Shown piece by piece: positions 13,985-26,275 of a DNA stretch of 64,000 bases. A program made the translations under genes and the position numbers. Numbering within the stretch: the stretch's first letter is position 1; each line of letters opens with the position of its first letter. Location of the stretch: NCBI GenBank assembly GCA_977017645.1, contig OZ360236.1, positions 76,756,001 to 76,820,000 of the forward strand, given 5' to 3'. This stretch comes from Torpedo marmorata (taxonomy: Eukaryota). Below the pieces are notes generated by a model that ran no database searches, was not told the DNA's origin, and saw nothing but the letters and a program-made list of their open reading frames with translations.

Positions 13985-15404
13985 ATTGGTACGTGCGCTG
14001 GAGAAGGTTGTGTCGTGGGCCAAATTGGCTGAAGGCTGACCTTTTTTCCCTGTACAAAATGTTCTCGTGAGTTAATGGTCTAATTATCTTGTAGTCAACA
14101 ACCTCTAACAAACCAGCATGACAAGATTTCTGAAGTGCCAGTGGGGTCAGGAGCTGATTGGCATTCTGCTGTACAATGACACCCTTTCAATTTAAGGTGA
14201 TAATTATAATCTTTTTTGCCATTGCACCTTCCTCCCTTTCTGCTTTTTTCAATGAAGCACAGGAATTTTTAACAAAAGATATTGTGTATGAATTCCAAGA
14301 AGCGATTCTTGCAAAATTAAGCATCGTTACAATTAAACGGTGATCTTTGAAGATTGTAGAAATTTGTGGGAGCTTCAGAATGGGAGGTGAACAGATTGCC
14401 GCGCTGACTTACAATCTTCCAGCTGGGTGGGAAGCCATTTGGTCCATCATGCTTGTGCTAGTTCTTCGACAGAAGTATTGAACTCCACCACCATGCTTTA
14501 ATTTTTCAACAGCTTTGCAATTTTTTTTTCCTGAAAGGTTTACATCAAAGGCCATTTTGGAAGTTGCTGTTTGATTGGTTTCTACTGTCACTTGGGACCA
14601 CACAGGTTACAGTACAGCAGGAAGCCATGAGCTCCATGCCATTCCACCAACTCCTTCCTCTGCCTCTCTCCATAGCCCTGCAACTTTTCCTGTTAAATCC
14701 CGATCCTTTTTATTGTGTTCTAGAGTGTAACAGGTTACTGTTTTTCTGTAACGTTTTCTAATCCAGTTTGAACTCCTTGATTGTTGCATCAAAATCCCAT
14801 GTTTTAAATGCAGACTGAAATCATTAACAGCAAGGTCTCAGGTTTGATGTTGGGGCTCCATGCCAACCTATCGTGCCAACCATGCTCAGTGAGGAATGAA
14901 ATGGTGGAGGAGGGTGGTGCTTGAATACGCAGGGCTTCTCAGGCCGGAGGGACGTACAGTGAGGATCTCCAGAGCAGTCTCATGAGGCAGCCTCCCAATG
15001 GCTGATGAAGAGTGCGGGAGAGTTGTGGTGAGCCTGGAAGTGCACCAAACCCCTTGGTGTGAATCACATCTTCGGTGCACTTTTAGTAGACATGCTTTGG
15101 AATTTTGTGGTGACTTTCCAAATCTTGCCGTTTATTAGATCTTGCAGCAGGACACACTCATCCACGGGATTGCAGGTTATCCCGTTTCAAACCATTTAAC
15201 CTTTTCTACCTGCTGATCAAATTGCAAAGTGTGCAATAGCGAATTGTGGAGATGTGCCCAATTCTGAGTTGTGGGCAGCGACAGACATTGCAGCTATTCA
15301 CCATTTCCCTGGCCCAGAGAATGGGATGCCCAGCTCCCAATGATGTAACTTCCCACTGGGAAAATGCTTCAGTGAACTTCAAAGGAGAATGGGGTTAAAC
15401 AGGA

Positions 15405-15700
15405 AAGTCTGCAGACACTGTCGTGTGTAGAACAATACACAAAAAGTGCTGGATAAACTCAGAAGGTCATGCAGCATCTATGGGAAGTGAAGGGTAACCA
15501 ACGTTTCGGCCCTGAGCCCTTTGTCAAGGTATGAGCAAAAAGCAGACAGGCGCCTGAATAAAAAAGGTGGGGGGAGGAGGAGAGAGAGAGGAAGGGGCAT
15601 AGGAGGAGTACAGGCCAACAGGTTAGAGGTCGTAGGTAGATACTGGTGGGGGGGTAGAAGAGAAAAAAGCTGAGAAGTGATGGGGGGGAGAAGGGTAACA
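15405..15700 (-). mobile_element. Penelope-derived 3' terminal fragment
   Basis: aagtctgcagacactg...gctggataaactcag...aacgtttcggccctgagccctttgtcaagg, followed by a purine-rich tract like the one in 20561-20850. Confidence 0.7.
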
Positions 15701-17728
15701 TCAAAGGAGAATGGGATTGAGTTGGGCTGTGGTAATACGTGCACCAGCAACAAGACTCATGCAGTCAGACCCGTCGGTCACTTGAAGAAATAAAATTGAT
15801 CTGTGAAACTGCACTTCTTGTGTAAATAACTTCAATAGTCGGGGAAAATTTCAATGAAATTAAATTCTTGAGTAAACTCCAGGCTTTTCATCTCGTCTAA
15901 ATCCAGAAAAGCTGTTAGATTTTCTCTCTCCACAGGTGCTACCTGGCGTACTGAGTATTCCAGCATCTGCAGTTTCTTTTATTTCTGATTCTTCCCTGGT
16001 ACCTTATGGCCATTCATTGCATAATTGCAATCGGGTGATGCAAATTATTTAGATAATAAGAATAGAATTGATCGGTCGGGTTTTGGGTTATTGAGCTGTC
16101 ACGTGGCCTAACTGGGTCTTGTTTTTCCAGCTGGTTTTGTCCTTTCTCTCCAATGTGTGACTTCTGATTACCATTCGTATGGGGGGGGGGGGCTATTTGT
16201 AGGACACTGTTTTCATCACATTTTCTATTTGTCTATTAATCAATCTGGCATGTCTATCACACTGCAGATGTTGCAGTGCGTTTTGAATGCACGGTGTTTA
16301 GCTGTAAACATTTTTTATTTTAAAAAGATGAAACTCCAGGCTTTTCATCTTAGGTTCTAAATCCAGAGCCTGATATTTTAGTGAGTCCAGGATTTGGAAT
16401 AATTCTGGCCTAAAACAGATAATAAAGTATTTAAGCAGCAAACCAAATGTCACCATCATGCTCCACTCAATGGGATAACCATTAGTTAAAGAGGGACTGT
16501 AGACAAGACTCGAGAGTTTGGGATGTGGGCTGCTTCAGTGCAAACTCAGCATTCTCAAAACAGGAAGTCGAGATTCCTTTATTGTAGAGTACGCAATGTG
16601 TTTTCCTATGCCCTGTAAAAGCACCCCGAGGAGGTGGGATGCTGTCTGCCGTCAGCATTTGTGGTTGCCACCATAGAGAGGACATGATTAGACAGGAGAG
16701 GGTGCAGAGAAGATGCAGCGGGGTGCTGCCCTGGATGGAACATTTTCGTTTTATAAAGATATTGGATACATTGGGTTTGTTTCCCTTGGAGACCGAATTG
16801 AGATAAAATTGAGGAGCATAGAAAGGGTTAAATGCAAGCTTTTTCCAACATTGCAAAAGTTGTCTAAAATTGGAGGCCAAATGTTTATTGCATAGGGCAA
16901 GAAGTTTGGGAAGAGCGTTTCACCCAGAGTCTGGAACTGTACGCCCTCTGAATGCCAGGGCAGCTTTTAAGAAGAGTCTAGAAGAGCACCTTAAATAGCC
17001 AAGGCATATAGCGCTGGGAGCTGGTAAATACAATCAGTGTAGATAGGCATTTGATGGTCGGCGTGGATACGGTGGGCCATTCATTCTACCTGGGTGATTC
17101 TTGAATGGCATGGGAGAGTTGATAGTTGCTTGAAGAGGAGCCTCAAACAATAGATGAAAGGGCCACGAGAGTAGTAAAGATGATGGAACAAATGCCCTTC
17201 CTCTGTGTTATAAGGCGTAGTTCCATAAATGTGGTGTCCATTACTACAGATGCCTAGTAATTGGAAAAATGTCTCTTATTTTAAATATTAAAAGATTGAG
17301 AACAGAAGGAAAATAGGATGAGAGTCAATAGTTTTGATGTTGACTGTTTACAGTGAACGGAATTGGCCTCCTACTTGGAATCTGGAAAGCATCAGCATTC
17401 TTTGAAATAATGTGATGTTCTTCCCCCTTTTGGCATCCTTCCTAATGTCTGATCTGAGTTTACAGAGCCACAGAGTCATTCAGGAGTAACTGCTGCCTGT
17501 TTCCAATGTGTGGAAAAATTGCACAGGAACCAGGCAGATGGTCCCGACTGAAGAGAATCTGGGCAATGCTGAGGAGGCCAGCGTTCACTGCATGCCCCCC
17601 AAAATGCCCTTGAAGGTGGTGGTGAGCTGCTCCGTTGAACTAATGCAGCTGTTCCAGTGAAGGTGCTATTGGGTTAGGCCCAACGATGATTGGAGAAGAC
17701 ATGCTTCAGTTTGATGAGAAAGAGTGTT

Positions 17729-19754
17729 CAAGGACTCAGCTGAAGATCTGAATCAGGGCCGTGACAGACTTTATCAGAACAGCTGTGGACGAGTGTGTCC
17801 CCACCAAATCGTTCAGGGTTTTCCCCAACCAAAAGCCCTGGGTGAACAATGAAATCCGGAACATGCTAAGAGGCAGGTCACAGGCATTTAAGTCTGGAGA
17901 TCCAGATCAATACAGAAGGAGCAGGTATGACCTAAGAAAACCTATCTCCCGGGCGATATGGAAATTCCAGATGAAAATGGAAACAACAAAGGACATGACA
18001 GCTGTGGCAGGGCCTAAATGATATAACCTGCTACAAAACCAAATCCGGTGCAGTAGCAGACGGCAAAGCTTCACTTCCAGAGGAACTCATAGCCTTCTAC
18101 GCCTGATTTGACTACAGTAACAGCGAAGAACCACCTCTCTGCACTCCCATGTCCCCTGATTATCCCATCCTGTCTGTATCTGAGGATGACGTGCCTTCAG
18201 GAGAGTGAATCCGAGGAAAGCATCTGGCCCGGACAGAGTACCTAGCTGAGTATTAGAAATCTGTGCTGACCAACTTACCAATGTATTCATGGATATCTTC
18301 AACGTCTCATTCTGGCAGGGCATGTTTCAAACAGGTGTCAATCATACTGGTGCCCAAGAAGAGCGTAGCAACCTACCTTAATGACTATCGACCACTAGCA
18401 CTTGTATCAACAGTGACGAAGTGTTTTGAAAGGCTGGTGTTGAAGCATACAGGTATCAACTCCTGTATGAGCGGCGACATGGATACATTCTAGTTCACCT
18501 ATCGTAGTAACAGGTCTATGGTGGATGCCATCTCACTGGCTCTACACAAAGCCCTGGAACACCTGGACAGCAAAGATGCATTCATCAGGATGCTCTTTAT
18601 CGACTACAGTTCAGCATTTAACACCATCATCCCCTCAAAGCTGATCAGAAAACTCCAAGACCTGAGACTCAGCACCCCACTGTGTAATTGGATCATGGAT
18701 TTCCTCACCTCCAGACCACAATCTGTAAGGATTGGCAATAACATCTCCTCCACAATCTCCATCAGTACTGGAGCACCACAGGGCTGTGTTCTTACCCCCC
18801 TGCTCTACTGACTTTACACCTACGACTGTGTGGCTCGGTACAACAATAACACCATCTACAAATGTGCCGACGATACCACGGTAGTAGGTTGTATAAAGAA
18901 AGGCGATGAGTCAGCATACAGGATGGAGATTGCAATTTTGGCTGAATGGTGCACCAACAACAACCTTGCACTCATTGTCACCAAAACTAAGGAGCTGATT
19001 GTTGACTTCAGGAAGGGAAAGCCAGAGGTATACAATCCAGTGATCATTGGGGATCAGAGTTGGAGAGGGTGAGCAAATTTAAGTTCTTGGGAGTCACTAT
19101 CTTGGAAGATCTTTCCTGGACTGAACACACCAATGGCATTGTGAAGAAAGCACGTCAGCGCCTCTACTTCCTCGGGAGTTTGCGGAGGTTTGGTATGACA
19201 CCAGAAACCCTGGCAAATTTCTACAGATGTGTGATGGAAAGTGTGCTGACCGGCTGCATCACGGTCTGGTATGGGAACACCAATACCCCTGAACGTAAAT
19301 CCCTCCAATAGGTAGTGGACACAGCCCAGGACATCACAGGCAAAACCCTCCCCACCATCGAGAACATCTGCAGGGAACGCTGCTGTCGGAGAGCAGCAGC
19401 AATCATCAAGGATCCACACCACCCAGAACATGCTTTGTTCTCACTGCTGCCATCAGGAAAGAGGTATAGATGCCACAAGACTTGCACCACCTGGTTCAGG
19501 AACAGCTGCTACCCCTCCACCATCAGACTCCTCAACAACAAACTCAATCAGGAACTCATTTAAGAACACTTACTTTTACGCTGATTTTTTTCCTCTCTGT
19601 ATTGCAGTTTGTTTACATTTCTTTATTTGTTTACATGTGTACATTGTGTACAGTTTTCTGCACAACCAATAAGTAGTAATTCTGCCTCGCCCGCAGGAAA
19701 AAGAATCTCAGGATTGTATGTGATGTCATGTATGTACTCTGACAATAAATCTGA
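17729..19754 (+). mobile_element. Rex1/Babar-type LINE, decayed ORF (stops/frameshifts)
   Basis: Fragmented ORFs: [82 protein letters not shown]. Ends gacaataaatctga. Possible agtgtt duplication at 17723-17728 and 19755-19760. Confidence 0.9.
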
Positions 19755-20560
19755 AGTGTTGGTGGTGCAGCTTTTTTTGATGCTTGACAGTAATCTATGT
19801 CCAAGAGTGGTGCGCAAGTCAGAAGGGAACCTACAGGTAATGGTCATCTACACTTACTGCCCTTGTCCTTGGCGGTGGTGGTGTTGAAGTCTGCACTACA
19901 TTTTGTGGATGGTATCCAATGCAGACGCTTAGCACCAGTGGTGGGGAAGTGTTTGAGTTGTGGATGGGTAATTGCTTTGTCCTGAATGGTGTTGAGCTGC
20001 CTGAATATTACTGCAGTCATCCAGGCAAGTGGAGAGTATTTCGTCATGCTCCTGATGTGCTGGGAATCAGGAGCTGAGTACTCAGCCCCGGCAGCACCCT
20101 AGTTCGGTAACGGTGAGCAGGTCGGTGCTGAGTCCTGCACCTTGGTAAATGAAGTTGGGCCGGTCTTGATTCTGGAGCAAATGCTGGACGACTTCTCCTC
20201 TGTCCTGTGCATGCGCTCCCCTGCAGCAGAAAGCTTGTTGGAGAAGAGGTGCTGCATTTTTGATGAGAAAGAGTGAGAAAAGTGTTGGTGGTGCAGCTTT
20301 GCTTGATTGTCAGCCACAATCTGAACCATAATGGAGCATGGTTAAGATGGAGTGCAGAACATACATACATGTGCTGGAGAAACTTAGCAGGATGCACAGC
20401 ATCCATAGGAAGTAAAGAGTGACCATCGTTCTGGGCTGAACCCCTTGTCAAGGTATGAGCAAAAAACAGGCAGTGGAGAGGGGGAGGAGGAGGGAGGAGC
20501 ACAGGCTAACAGGTAAGAAGTCATGGGTGGATGGAGGTAGGAGGCTATACTTTGTGAGGT

Positions 20561-21893
20561 AAAAAAACACATGCTGGAGAAACTCAGCAGGTCAAACAGT
20601 GTCTTTTATGTAGCAAAGGTAGAAATACATAACCGACGTTTCGGGCTTGAGCCCTTCATCAAAGTATGAGAAAATGCCGGCAGGCGTCTGAACAAAAGAG
20701 TGAGGGGGGGGAAGGGGGGTGGCAAAGGCAGGAGATGATAGGTGGAGAAAGGAGGGAGGGGACAGCAGCAAAGAGGGGGAGGAGGGGTGGGTGGAAAAAA
20801 AACAGGAAGGACAGGTGAGGGGGGAGGGGAAGTAAAAGACAAGCAGGTTTAGTGGGAAGCAGAAAAGTCAATGTTAATGCCATCTGGCTGGAGAGTGCCC
20901 AGACGGAAAATGAGATGTTGTTCCTCCAATTTGCGGGTAGTCTGGGTGGGATAGTACATAAGGCCATGGACAGACAAGTGAGTGTGACTCGAAATTGAAA
21001 TGGCTGGCCTCTGGGAGGTCGCTGTTGTTGCGGACGGAGAGGAGGTGCTCAGCAAAGCGATCTCCCAATCTACGACCGGTCTCTCCGATGTAGAGAAAGC
21101 CACAAAGGGAGCACCGGATGCATTAAATAAGTTCTCTGGATGTACAAGTGAAGTGTAGTTTCACTTGAAAGGCCTGTTCGGGGCCCCGGACCGTGGTGAG
21201 GGGGGAAGGTGTGGGCGCAGGTGTTGCACCTCCTGCGGGCACAGGGGACGGTGTCGGGGGTGCGATGGGTGGGGAGGGATGAGTGCACAAGGGAATCGCG
21301 GAGGGAGCGGTCCCTGCGGAAGGCCGAGAGGGGAGGAGAATGAAAAATGTGTCTGGTGGTGGGATCCTGTAGTAAGTGCCGGAAATTCCGGCGGATAATG
21401 TGTTGGATGCGGAGGCTGGTGGGGTGGTAGGTGAGGATGAGGGGGATTCTATGTTTGTTGCGTCTGGGGGCAGAGGGGGCCAGGGCAGATGAGCAGGAAA
21501 TGGAGGAGATGCGGGTGAGGGCTGAGTTGATGGTGGTGGAGGGGAAGCCACGTTTGTGGAAGAAGGCAGATATTTCAGAAGATCTGGACTGGAAGACCTC
21601 ATCTTGGGAACAGATGCGGCGGAGACAGAGAAATCGAGAGAAGGGGATGGAATCCTTGCAGGGGACAGGGTGTGAGGAAGTGTAGTCCAGATAGTTGTGG
21701 GAGTTGGAGGGTTTGTAGTAAATGTCGGTGGAAAGCTTGTCTCCTGAGATGGAGACAGAGAGATCCAGGAAGGGGAGAGTGTTATCGGAGATGGACCAGG
21801 TGAGTTTGAGATCGTGGTGGAAGTTGGATGCGAAGTGGATGAAGTTGACAAGCTCATCGCGGGTGCAAGAGGCAGCCCCGATGTAGTCGTCGA
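20561..21893 (-). mobile_element. Penelope-like retroelement, 5'-truncated (RT C-terminus + GIY-YIG endonuclease + 3' terminus)
   Basis: Minus frame reads YIDDYIG...LPFLDLSV...IYYKPSNSHNYLDYTSSHP; after a frameshift HFTCTSRELI...YIGETGRRLGDRFAEHL...RKLEEQHLIFRLGTLQPDGINIDF. Perfect 15-bp TSD tatactttgtgaggt at 20546-20560 and 21894-21908. Confidence 0.92.
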
Positions 21894-22412
21894 TATACTT
21901 TGTGAGGTGTCTGAGGAGATTCGGTATGTCACCGAAGACTCTCGTAAACTTCTACAGGTGTACCGTGAAGAGCATTCTGGCTGGTTGCATCACTGCCTGG
22001 TATGGAGGCGCCAACTCTCAGGACAAGAATAAACTCCAGAGGGTTGTTAACTCGGCCTGTGACATCGCAGGCACCAGACTTCACTCCATCGAGGACATCT
22101 ACACGAGGCGGTGTCTTAAAAAAGCAGCCTCTATCCACCCAGGCCATGCCCTCTTCACTCTGCTACCATCGGGAAAAGGGTACACGAGCCTAAAGACGAG
22201 CACTCAACGGCTCAAGGACAGCTTCTTCCCCGCTGCCATCAGATTCCTGAATAATCAATGAACCAAAGACAATGCCTTACTTTTCATGCACTATTATTCA
22301 TATTTTTTTATAGTAATGTCGTAAGATGGTTATAATATGAATGTTTGCATTATGATGCTGCCGCAAAACACCAAATTTCATGACTTGTTCATGACAATAA
22401 ATTCTGATTCTG
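21894..22412 (+). mobile_element. Rex/Babar LINE 3' fragment (begins ~20543, interrupted by the Penelope element)
   Basis: ORF 21902-22261 RCLRRFGMS...FYRCTVKSILAGCITAWYG...LLPSGK. Tail atgacaataaattctgattctga. Confidence 0.85.
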
Positions 22413-24188
22413 AAGAGAAGAAACACGAGAAGTGATACGGGGAGGGGTTAGCCCCCTGAATGGAGAGGGGAGGGGAAGCGGGTGGGAGCTGGTGGAAAAG
22501 AGACCGGGATAGGGAAAGAGAGACTCAGAGGAGGGATTTAACGGAAACTGGAAAATTGATGTTAATGCCTTCTGGTTAGAGAGTGCCCAGAGGGAATATT
22601 AGGTGTTATTACTCCAGTATGCAAGTAGCCTCAGTTTGGCAATGCATGAGGCCATGGGCAGACGGTCAACAAGGGAGTGGAGTGTGGAATTGAAATAGTT
22701 GGCCTCTGGGAAGTGCTCAACGAAGTGATTCCCAGTCTGTGTCCAATCTCCCTGATGTAGAGAAGGCCACAACAGGAACACTGGATGGAGATAAGTTTCT
22801 GTGGGCAGCTTTAATGGGAGGGTGTTCCACTGTCCCTCCAGATTGACAACTGAAGGTTCTGTTCAGTGATTGCTCCCTGCTCACTTGGAGTGGAGGTGCT
22901 GTGGACCATGCATCTCTTGTGCCTGCGTCAGGGTGTCCATACTGCTTCAGGGTGTAGGCGTCCAGCCATTGAGAATGGCCCTGGTAGTCGCATGGGTAAC
23001 CCCCCCTCCTTCTTTTTGTACAGAACACTATGGCACAGAAGCAGGCCCTATGACCCATCTAGTCTGTGCCAAACTATTATTCTGCCTAGTCCCATTGACC
23101 GGCACCTGGACCATAGCCCTCCATACCCCTCTCATGCATGTACCTATCCAAATTTTTCTTGTGACAAAGTCAAGCCCGCATTACTTCCGCTGGCAGCTCA
23201 TTCAACACTCCCACTGCACTCTGCATGAAGATGCTCCCCCTACATATCTCATATTTCACCTTGAACCCATGTCCTCTGGTCCAACATCTCACCCAACCTT
23301 AGTGGAAAAAATGTATATAAAACAACAATTGGATTAGTCTTTCTTGAAGATGATTATAGTCTGAGGTCCCCTCTCTCCAAGATGCAAGATGAGGTTATGA
23401 ACTGGTGATCAAAAAGGGCTTCCTGCAAGTAAACCACAGCCTGCTGAAGGAAACCGTTAAATCCAATCAACAATGGTCAGTGGAAGGGAAAACTATAGCA
23501 GACTTCAGCCATGTGCGTGACTCCATTCCAATCTGGCTTCCTGGAGGGAGGAGATGCTCCCAGGGCCCAGGCTTCCCTCTTGGAGCTACCATCGTCCAAT
23601 CCAGGTGGAAGTTCAATTTCCTTCTCGAAATGAGAAGCTAGCTCTGGCAGATACGAGATGCCCGTGGGTCCCTGTGCTGGAGGGGGGGAGAGCAGGAGCA
23701 GTGGGCAGAGGCGGGCAGGCCCCTCCGTGATGATGGGCCATGGGACGTCGAAGACATTGCTGTACGATGGGATTGCTTCCTGTTCCCGTCTGGCGCACGA
23801 GTGACAGGTCCTGACCCTGCACTGGAGCTGACCCATCTACTGATCCTGTTATACTACAAGACTCCTGGACAGCTGGATGGGGGCACCATTGTTGTTCAGA
23901 CTGCACAGAATGAGAGCACTCTCATTCCCACAAGGAACTGTGTAGGTTCTGAGCAGAGCAGAATGATGGTGTGCTTATCGTAATATTACACAAGTGCAAT
24001 CTTGTATGACCAGAGCTTCAAAGGCTGCTCTTGAAAAGGAGACAAGGGTAGGTGGGACCTCCCGGTTTCCATTCCCAGCTGTTTAAAATTAGATTTCATT
24101 GCCCTGCTTATTGATTGAGGGTGCCGTTGAGGTTAGTTTGATAAGAAGGGCCAACATTGGTAACTTCCTATGTGACAAAGCCTCCTCT

Positions 24189-24413
24189 TTGAGGTTTAGA
24201 CTAGCAGGGGAGTAGCTACGTCATATACCCTAGACCGGCGGAGCAATCCTCTTCTTGGGGGGGCCATCCTCTGCGACCAAGCGCTGAACTTCGGGAGGGA
24301 CGCAAATGGAGCTGTGAGGGAAGGGTTACACCCGCCTAGCCAGCCAGATCAGCCAAATCATTCCTAGCGATCAATGGGGTGACAGATGTCGCAGCCAGAT
24401 CGCCCTCACACCC
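24189..24413 (-). pseudogene. RN7SK: 7SK snRNA retropseudogene, 3'-truncated
   Basis: Minus strand reads GGGTGTGAGGGCGATCTGGCTGCGACATCTGTCACCCCATTGATCGC...GGCTGATCTGGCTGGCTAGGCGGGTGT...GCGTCCCTCCCGAAG...AGGGTATA...CTCCCCTGCTAG...AACCTCAAA, i.e. vertebrate 7SK from +1. The 3' hairpin and U-tail are absent. Flanked by acaaagcctcctct (24175-24188) and accaagcctcttct (24414-24427). Confidence 0.92.
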
Positions 24414-25412
24414 ACCAAGCCTCTTCTAACAATCTGGTAGCCAATCGACCCGAGTAACACATTCTCCTTTTGCAAAATACAGGTTAGTACACAGCCATTG
24501 CTACCTACAAAACCAAGTGACCACATCACCACCCCCCCCCCCCTCCACCACCCCGCCTTGTAACTCTCTGCTTAGTTTATTTGTCACAAAATACCTAGTA
24601 CAGTGGAAAGGGTTCTTCTGTGAGCAGACTAACAGGTTGTCTCCAACATTCACACAGTCCTGTGAAGAGTACATGAAGAGGATGATCAATGGTGGCATGA
24701 GAGCACAGTTGTAGGGTTCAGTCAGGAGTCTGATGGCAGAGGGGAAGAAAGTGCCTTTCAGCTGTTGGTGCATGCTCTCACACTCGTAAGCTGTCTCCCC
24801 GATTGGGGAGAGGGGGTGGGAGGGCAAAAAGAGTGTGATGGCCCCTTCAGTGTGACAGTTGCCTTTTCTAGGCAGTGGGAGATGTAGATGTGTGCCTGCC
24901 AGTAATATATGGGCTATACCCAAAACCCAGGGAGGTCCCTGGAATTGAGTAGCAGAAGAGGTAGACTGGTGCCTATTCGTGGAGCCTGGTGAGATGACAT
25001 GGGGAGGTATGATGCAGTATTCCATAGAATGCTACAGCACCGAAACAGGCCCTTTGGCCCATCTAGTCTGTGCCGAACTATTATTCTACCTAGTTCCAAT
25101 GACCTGCACCTGACCATAGCCCTCCATACTCCTCCCATCCATGCAGCTATCCAATTTTTTTCTTAAATGTAAAAATTGAGCCTGCATTCACCACTTCAGT
25201 TGGCAGCTCATTCCACACTCCCACCACTCTCTGGATCTGAGAATGAGAGGAGTGACTGGCCCGAGTGATGTTGAGAGACTGATTCCCCTTGCGGCAGAGA
25301 AGGATTCTGGATGTCTGGAGTTGAGATTTGAAATGGATCAGGTGACACGGACGGGTTGAAGAAGCAGAGTGGTGACATTTGCTGTTTAAGATTGGGAACA
25401 CTCTATTTAAAG

Positions 25413-25788
25413 CAGTGGTTTTCAAACTGCCCCCCTAAACTTTCATTCCACCTTAAGCAATCCCTATGCCATAAGTGCTCTGTGATTAGTAAGGGATTGC
25501 TTAAGGTGGTATGTGAGTGGAAAGAAATGTTTGAAAACCACTGTTTTAATCATACCTAATTGACTCGTTATGTGCACGGTTTCATAACTCCAAAAGAAAT
25601 GGGCCAATGACAATTTTTCTCAAGCAAAATATTTCAGTAACAATTGGTTCTAGAGCAGTGGTTCTCAACCTTCCCTTCCCACTCACATACCACCTTAAGC
25701 AATCCCTTACTAATCACAGAGGCACTTATGGCATAGGGATTGCTTAAGGTGGAATGTGAATTTAGAGGGGGCAGTTTAAAAACCACTG
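25413..25788. mobile_element. Two inverted ~130-bp hAT (Charlie-like) MITE units
   Basis: Unit A 25413-25543 and unit B 25656-25788 each have CAGTGGTT.TCAA...TT.A.AACCACTG termini and an internal inverted repeat ccaccttaagcaatccct / agggattgcttaaggtgg. B is the reverse complement of A, and ttctagag precedes B. Confidence 0.8.
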
Positions 25789-25974
25789 CTCTAAACCCAT
25801 CCTATCCATGCATCTGTCCTATTTTTTTCTTAAATGTTGCAATAGTTCCTGCCTTGACCACCTCTTCTGGCATCCTATTGCATATACCCAGCACTCTCTG
25901 TGTATATATAAAAAAAGTTAGCTCTCAGGTTCCTGTGAAATCTTTTTCTCTCTGTGGCGCGCTCTCTCTCTAAC

Positions 25975-26275
25975 ATAGTGGCTGTCGTAATGTAGGGATT
26001 TCTGCAGCCATTTTGTTCATAGCAAACTCCCACAGGCAGCCATTGATCATTGACCACTTCACCCCTGTTATCCAGGAAAATGTTTCCAGTAGAACACTCT
26101 CATGCCCATTTTCTATACGAGATGACCAAATTAATTTGGCACAGGTATTAAGAATATTACTTAAAAAGCTATTCATTGGCTTGAATACCTGGGGAAGGAA
26201 GCTCCTCTGTAAAATAATAATGTGGGATCTTTTTCTCTGGTGTCTTGGAAAGAACTGATGCCAAATTGGGTTAAC
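25975..26275 (-). mobile_element. Ancient DeuSINE (SacSINE1/AmnSINE1-like) relic
   Basis: gtaatgtagggatttctgcagccattttgttcatagcaaactcccaca and atgtgggatctttt resemble the reverse-complemented Deu core. A second relic lies at ~33255-33410. Degenerate and recognised by eye only. Confidence 0.5.

Larger units (their letters stand above)
20360..22800 (-). mobile_element. Older Penelope-like 3' fragment split by nested insertions (pieces ~20360-20542 and ~22413-22800)
   Basis: The two pieces join into a sequence colinear with the copy at 15405-15700. The right piece carries degenerate GIY-YIG-end sequence (ttgatgttaatgcc...agagtgcccaga). Confidence 0.7.

Noticed and set aside
21123-21932. 269-aa Ser/Pro/Thr-rich ORF
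   Set aside because: Alternative reading frame of the C-rich Penelope coding strand; the real RT frame is different.
24189-24413. Functional 7SK gene
   Set aside because: Lacks the 3' third, the U-tract terminator and an upstream TATA; flanked by a TSD.
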